NCBI GenBank assembly: GCA_002269645.1
Contig: NIVC01001424.1
Location: 228,062 to 292,061, forward strand
DNA from: Macrostomum lignano
Taxonomy: Eukaryota
Length of the DNA: 64,000 nt
Reading direction: 5' to 3'
The position numbers and the translations under genes were made by a program. Shown piece after piece: positions 58,676 through 64,000 of this stretch; within the stretch, counting starts at the first letter, position 1, and every line of letters starts with the position of its first letter. Below the pieces are notes generated by a model. The model was given only the letters and a program-made list of their open reading frames with translations. It did not search any database and was not told where the DNA came from.

Positions 58676-59427
58676 TTCCTTTCTATTTTACCTGTGTTAC
58701 ATGCAACGACTCTGAAACGACTCCGGGGCGATGCAAGTGACTGGGACGTTTCTTGGCCTACATGTAGGTACCGTTTTCATTGGGACAGGCAACTGTCCGA
58801 TTGAATACAAGCTATGTATCATAGGGAAACTTGCGAGAAGTTGTGTAAATGCTGCAGTGTAGGGGAGGCACAGAGCAATTTGAACTTTAGGACTGTTGCT
58901 TTTTCAGTCACTCGAACGCGAAGGAATGCATCGATTGAAAAGCCTTTCGGACAATGGGATCAAAGGAGCTAGCCAAATGGCGCTCCATTCTGACATGTCA
59001 ATGGCATGGAGAAACAGTAATAGTAACAGGGATAGCATGTTGACAATGATAAAACACTGACATGTCTTAGCATGTCTAAGCAGAAAAATATGCAACTAGG
59101 ATATATTCGATTTATTGACTGGAGCCACGCCCCACTTGCAGTTTTAGCTCATTGGCAAAAGGCTTTGCTCATTGGGCCGCTGCTCCAAAGTATTAATGGA
59201 TAAAAGCCGCTGAATTACCGCGGTATTTTTCTACTTTGATGGAACCTGTATCAGTAAATACGCTCGTAATCATAGAGTAAGATTGATAACTAATAATGCT
59301 ACATATATTGATACAATGCTTTTGTAGCATTACATAACTTTTAATAAAAGGGATATCTTCTGAACTGATGCCATCATGCCAAGGTAGCAGTTAGGGGGCC
59401 GTGACCCTCAATAGACTGGCAAAAATT

Positions 59428-59550
59428 ATGGCGCCCCTTGGTGCTGGCGCCCCTTGGTGCTGGCGCCCTTGGTGCTGGCGCCCCTTGGTGCTGGTGCCCC
59501 TTGGTGCTGGCGCCCCTTAGTGCTACAAAGCCTATGTGCTGGCGCCTCTT
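59428..59550. repeat. 16-bp tandem repeat (GGCGCCCCTTGGTGCT)n
   Basis: About 5-6 copies. Confidence 0.85.
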
Positions 59551-59825
59551 TTGTTACCCTAATTACATGTAATATCGCCCCGCGCTAGTACCCCTCTAAT
59601 ACAAAATCCTGGCTACACTCCTATTCGTACATGAACTTCTGTCCAAGTGGCTCTAGCCGCTCAAAAATCACTCATTGAATGAGTTTTGTTAACAGTTACA
59701 GTAAAATAATTCTTCCAGTTGCCAATCCGTCCCTTAGACAGATAAATTTAAAGTCTGGGCTTAGACAGGAGCGCTTTGAAGTGAACTTGGATTCACGTTT
59801 TTGTTGTTTTGCACTGCGTCGATAT

Positions 59826-60160
59826 GGCGGGTTGTAGCCCAGTGGTGAAAGCGTCGGACTAATGGCTTGTAGGTTGGGGGTTCGATTCTTGACCACTCGC
59901 CACTCGGGACAATTTGTGTCCTTGAGCAAGACACTTAACTCTGCATCGCTGCAGTTCAGCTGTAAAATAGGTGCTAGCATTAGCTGAGGTAATTGAGGGT
60001 GTATGTAGAGACCCAACAGTCCTTGGACTGAACAGCCGTACGCAGCCTTCAGAGGCGCCGCGCAATAGCTGCGGCTGAGTTGTCGGTAGCCCATCTGCCC
60101 ATTAGGCTGGAGTTGTTATTATTATTAATATTATTATTATTATTGTTATTATTATTATTG
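59826..60160 (+). mobile_element. tRNA-headed SINE, copy 3
   Basis: TAGCCCAGTGG / GGTTCGATTC head, GTGTCCTTGAGCAAGACACTTAAC core, (ATT)n tail; TGCGTCGA on both flanks may be a TSD. Confidence 0.9.
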
Positions 60161-61981
60161 CGTCGAAGATTGCATGCGTGCTGTGCTAAAAATGGATGGA
60201 TTTAAGCCTCAGTTGCATTTGTCGCTATAGCTCTTATTTCCTTGTAAAAGTACATTCGCACTTTCAGAATCTGCTCGACCCCAATCAAGGAATGGCATAC
60301 GCTATACAGCAGGCTGGAGTTCTTTGTGGTGTCTACACTGTGCATAGGCAGTAGACAATTGCTTTTGTGTGAGGGTGATGGCAGACTGAAGTGTGTGTTA
60401 ATCAGAACGTCATCGTTGAAGTACTCGAAGTGTACCGCCAAGTTTTCGACCGTTTGCAGCAGCGTTGAGTACCGTGGGTTGCGTGTATCTTTCGATTTTT
60501 GTTCGGGGCCAGTCAAGTATGTCGAATTGAAGATTGACTTTGAGCTTGATAAACAATTTCCTAGCTGACTTCTTTAGCTTGTGCGGTTGGTCTCTTTTTT
60601 TAACGAGCAAAATGCACTTTAATATCTAAGGTTTGAGTTTTAAGTACACATAGGGAATTAATGGCTGGTACATCTATAGTAGGCACAGTTTATGGTCTCG
60701 TATGTTTTTCTCCAATATTCATTCGTATATTAGGCCCGATTCAAGTTGTAAGCATACTGTCAAGGTTTTCTTACTTGTTTTTCACAAGACCTGCATGTAA
60801 CTTTACGGCGGATTTACAATCACACTCTGCTGATGTAATTTTAGATTATAAAGCTTTTTTAAAGACAGAAAAAAACTGACTGTTATTTTACTAATTAGGT
60901 TAAAGAATCTCTCTTAATTGTGAGTGTTTGATTATACGATTGTTCCTACACTTTTTTATTAATACAGAAGGTACTTTAAATCACATACATTATAGTTTGC
61001 TACACATATACTACAGTAGTATTTTTGTAAAGCATATTAGCTGCATCGCTGCATCCTCATAAATCTATGTAATGCTGCTGCATCGGATGACTGCATGAGT
61101 TTCCGGCTTGTAAATCTCCTCGGATTTAGGCGGAGCGATCGCGCTCAGCACTTCTGCAGGGAAAAAAATCCAAAGAGAGATCATCCTCGTCTCAAAGCTA
61201 CTCGTGTACGAGCGTATTCTATGCTCGGAGAGCTGTATCTGTAGTAGTCGCGGGATCTCACAGGGATTTTTGATCTTCTGTATCACGAGTCGCCTCAACA
61301 TTTAGCAGCGATCTCTTTTGATCTACATCACCAGAGTCAGGCTGAAGCACGAGTCTACGCGCGTTGCTTTTGGTTGATTTGCTGCTTTTTTAGAAATCTT
61401 TGAACTACGAGTACTTCTATGCCAACGATGAACAATTGCGTATAGAAAGATGCTACACGTAAAAATCGTGCTTATTTCGCTGGATCCTACTTTTAATCAA
61501 TAAATTCCAAATATTTCACCATCTGGATTATCTAATTGCATTTTTGTTCGTCAAGAAAGTTTGGAAAAAGTATCATTAGCTAATGGAAACGCTCAGTAGA
61601 AATTTGCTTCTAAATGAATTTCGCTGGTGCATTTGACATTGAATTGTTGAATAATTGATTATTGACCATGCATTCAAAGCAGAGCTTGAATTGGAATCAG
61701 CTATGTTTGCACTTTTAACAGATAATATGCTGTACGTCATAAGAACGTGCATAGCAACGCTGATCACAGAATCGCCCCCAGATAGTTAGAATTGTCTTTG
61801 AAGACAGGTCGATCTACTGAATTTTACTTGTTAAACTGTACAGCAATCACATACGAGCGTAGCTGGCCAATCTAGTCCGTACACAATGTACAGTATACTG
61901 TACAGCCAAGTCTTTTGTATAGCTTCATTCTTTGGTTGGAAAGGCTTCGCTTAGCAGAGTGTTGAAATGGCAGCGATAGTC

Positions 61982-62239
61982 CATGGCTGAGTTCGACAAG
62001 ATTTCCTAACTTAAAAGGCAGATTTAGAATCTAGCTCGTGGCTGCGAGGTAGACGAGTGAGGAGAGAGGAGAGGAGAGAGAGAGAAGGGAGAGAAGAGAT
62101 TAGAGAATGGAGAAGAGAGGAGAGGAGAAAGAAGAGAGGAGAAAGAGGAGAGAGAAGAGACGTTTCAAAGGACCCGAGGCCCGGATAGAGAGGCTTCGCG
62201 GCCGCATGTGGCCCATGGGTTGGAGTTTTCCGACCCCTA
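61982..62239. mobile_element. hAT-Charlie-like MITE with a short GA tract
   Basis: Right end GCGGCCGCATGTGGCCC..AGTTTTCCGACCCCTA; homologous to 24340-25980; left boundary approximate. Confidence 0.55.
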
Positions 62240-62443
62240 TAGTCTATGCAGGCCATCCCTGCTGACTGGGGGCCAGCAGAAACTGATCCTTTAATGTATT
62301 TTCAGACATCGGCTTGATGAGGTTAAAAACTTTAGCCTAGACTTAAGCCTTGAAGAGGTTAGGCAATTTCATATAGACACGATTTAATTTTCCAGCTTCG
62401 ATCAAATCCTTTTTTTGCGGCAATCGCATCATCTTAACTCCCT

Positions 62444-63015
62444 CTAGTTCGCGCATCCGATCCGCACCAAAATGCTGGAAATCTCATCGTCCAGATATTT
62501 CTCGTCCATGAACTCCACCGCCTGACGCAGCCGACGTTTCAGCGGCAATCGAGCCACCGACCCGGCAAAGTTGCCTGTCGAGTTCGACAGAGCGGCTAGG
62601 CAGTCCAGAAGCCGCTTGCGCACGGCATTCCTGGCTAGAATTGCCAAACGGATCGGCTGCTTGTTGCAGAACCGTTTGAAACGTCGATGAGCTGACGACA
62701 AAGCGTTGAAATCGGCCCAGTCAATAGCCGGGGCATCGGGCCTGCCCTTGATGACAGCGTAGTAGCGCCAGAACAATCGCGTACAGCTCGTTGCCGAGTC
62801 GCCAACTCGAAGACACTGTCTGGCAGGCTCACGCCGTCGCCGTAGATGGCGTTCAACAGTAGGCAGAGCAGCAGACGAAGCCGACGACTGGAGCGAAGCT
62901 CGCGTACACTGGCGGAGTCAGTGAGGTAGCAGAGCAGCAAGTGGTACATGGACAGCTGCCTACCAATCAGACTGGGACAGCAGGCTCTGTGCAGTGATGG
63001 CAGTTCGCTTGGTGC
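62444..63015 (-). CDS. Ankyrin-repeat/SOCS-box (ASB-like) protein, last exon, with an apparent frameshift near 62802
   Basis: CCCAG acceptor in phase 0; C-terminal IRLAILARNAVRKRL..VARLPLKRRLRQAV is SOCS-box-like; the two ORFs differ by one missing base. Confidence 0.6.
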
Positions 63016-63354
63016 CTGGGTGGGTTAATTTGATTTGCTGGTGTTAATTGCGCCCTCTAGCGTACGGACGACAGAATAAAAATGAAATAAAAACTTGAGG
63101 ATGCGGGCGATTTAATTGGTGCAGGTTAAGAAGGATATGCCGCATATTATTTACGTGTACGAGTTACCATCTTAAGTCTACAACCCTGCTAACCATGAAC
63201 CATCCTCTGTAATTGATGATAAATGAAGATAAAAAGGGAATTTCATGTTGAATGTCTGCAATCTCTCAAGCGGAGGTTGGTGGTGGATTAAGCTGGCTTT
63301 GACCGATGTCTAAACTGTATCCAGTCAAGAAACGGTATAGGAAATGAAGCTTAC

Positions 63355-63939
63355 CTGCCAGCAGTCTCGGTACCGCATCGACATGCCGTGCTGTGCCAGG
63401 CATTTCAGCGCTGCCAATGCGCACCTGTGCAGCGCGCTGCTCGCCTCGATCGATCGATGCACTGCGGCGCCGTTCCGGTAGACCAGATCGAGCATGGCGG
63501 CGTGGCACAGGCGCTGGAGCAACTGCTGGGGCAGACGATCTGGTTGGCTCCGCTATGTCGCACGGTGAGCCGCAACAGCTCAAGCAGCTCGCACTCGGTC
63601 AGGTGACTCGGACAGTACTGCGCCTGGGTCAGCGACCAGACAGCAGTCCAGCGCGTTGCAAAATCTCGCGTACTGCAGCGTCGAGTACCGCTGAGCCTGG
63701 CCGAGAACGATGAAGCCACCAGCATCCGTTGTTGAGCCTCGGGATGCGACGCGGCGCTCTGGACAAGCCGTTTAAAAGTGTCCCACTGGTGAAACTGGAC
63801 CGCCAAGGCTAGAGGAGTCTGCGAGTAGCTGATCTGAATGCCGAACGTGTCCGACCCGGTAGTCCAGGTACAGCTGCGGCCGGACAAGTTGCTCTGTTTG
63901 TTGCTGCCAGTTAGACTTGACTCGTTTAGCAACTCGGGA
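63355..63939 (-). CDS. Ankyrin-repeat/SOCS-box (ASB-like) protein, internal exon, with an apparent frameshift near 63543; 5' exons outside the window
   Basis: TGCAG acceptor, GTAAGC donor; ankyrin-like QTPLALAVQFHQWDTFKRLV, LVYRNGAAV and SALHRCA..LKCLAQHG. Confidence 0.6.
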
Positions 63940-64000
63940 CTGCATGCAGATGAAGAATCAATTACTCAACCGCAAAATATTAAAATATGATTCAATCTTA

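Overview
Eukaryotic (metazoan) genomic DNA with GT-AG introns, GC-rich internal exons and AT-rich, repeat-saturated introns and intergenic DNA. The style (dense minisatellites, TTAGGG tracts, acceptor-like AG just before start codons) suggests a free-living flatworm such as Macrostomum, but this is inference only. Six complete spliced genes were reconstructed by hand, with intron phases that close: MAP2K7/MKK7 (-, 5 exons, 579 aa), COMMD2 (+, 3 exons, 229 aa, head-to-head with MKK7), LSM14 (-, 2 exons, 586 aa), PACRG (+, 3 exons, 233 aa), a tetraspanin (+, 5 exons, 291 aa) and a PGP/chronophin-type HAD-IIA phosphatase (+, 3 exons, 318 aa). The 3' part of an ankyrin-repeat/SOCS-box-like gene (-) runs off the right edge and has two apparent 1-nt frameshifts. 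The most striking non-genic structure is a 12.4-kb head-to-tail array of non-autonomous Helitron-like units (45781-58183). It has exact CTAG|TC junctions, a tRNA-like Pol III module placed before each internal satellite, a higher-order 24-bp satellite and variable (TTAGGG)n tracts. Also present: a three-layer nested transposon, a foldback-like element with satellite arms, TSD-flanked MITEs, three tRNA-headed SINE copies and many minisatellites, several of them abutting splice sites. No CRISPR array, rRNA or intact tRNA gene is supported. Most long ORFs in the supplied track are repeat artefacts.
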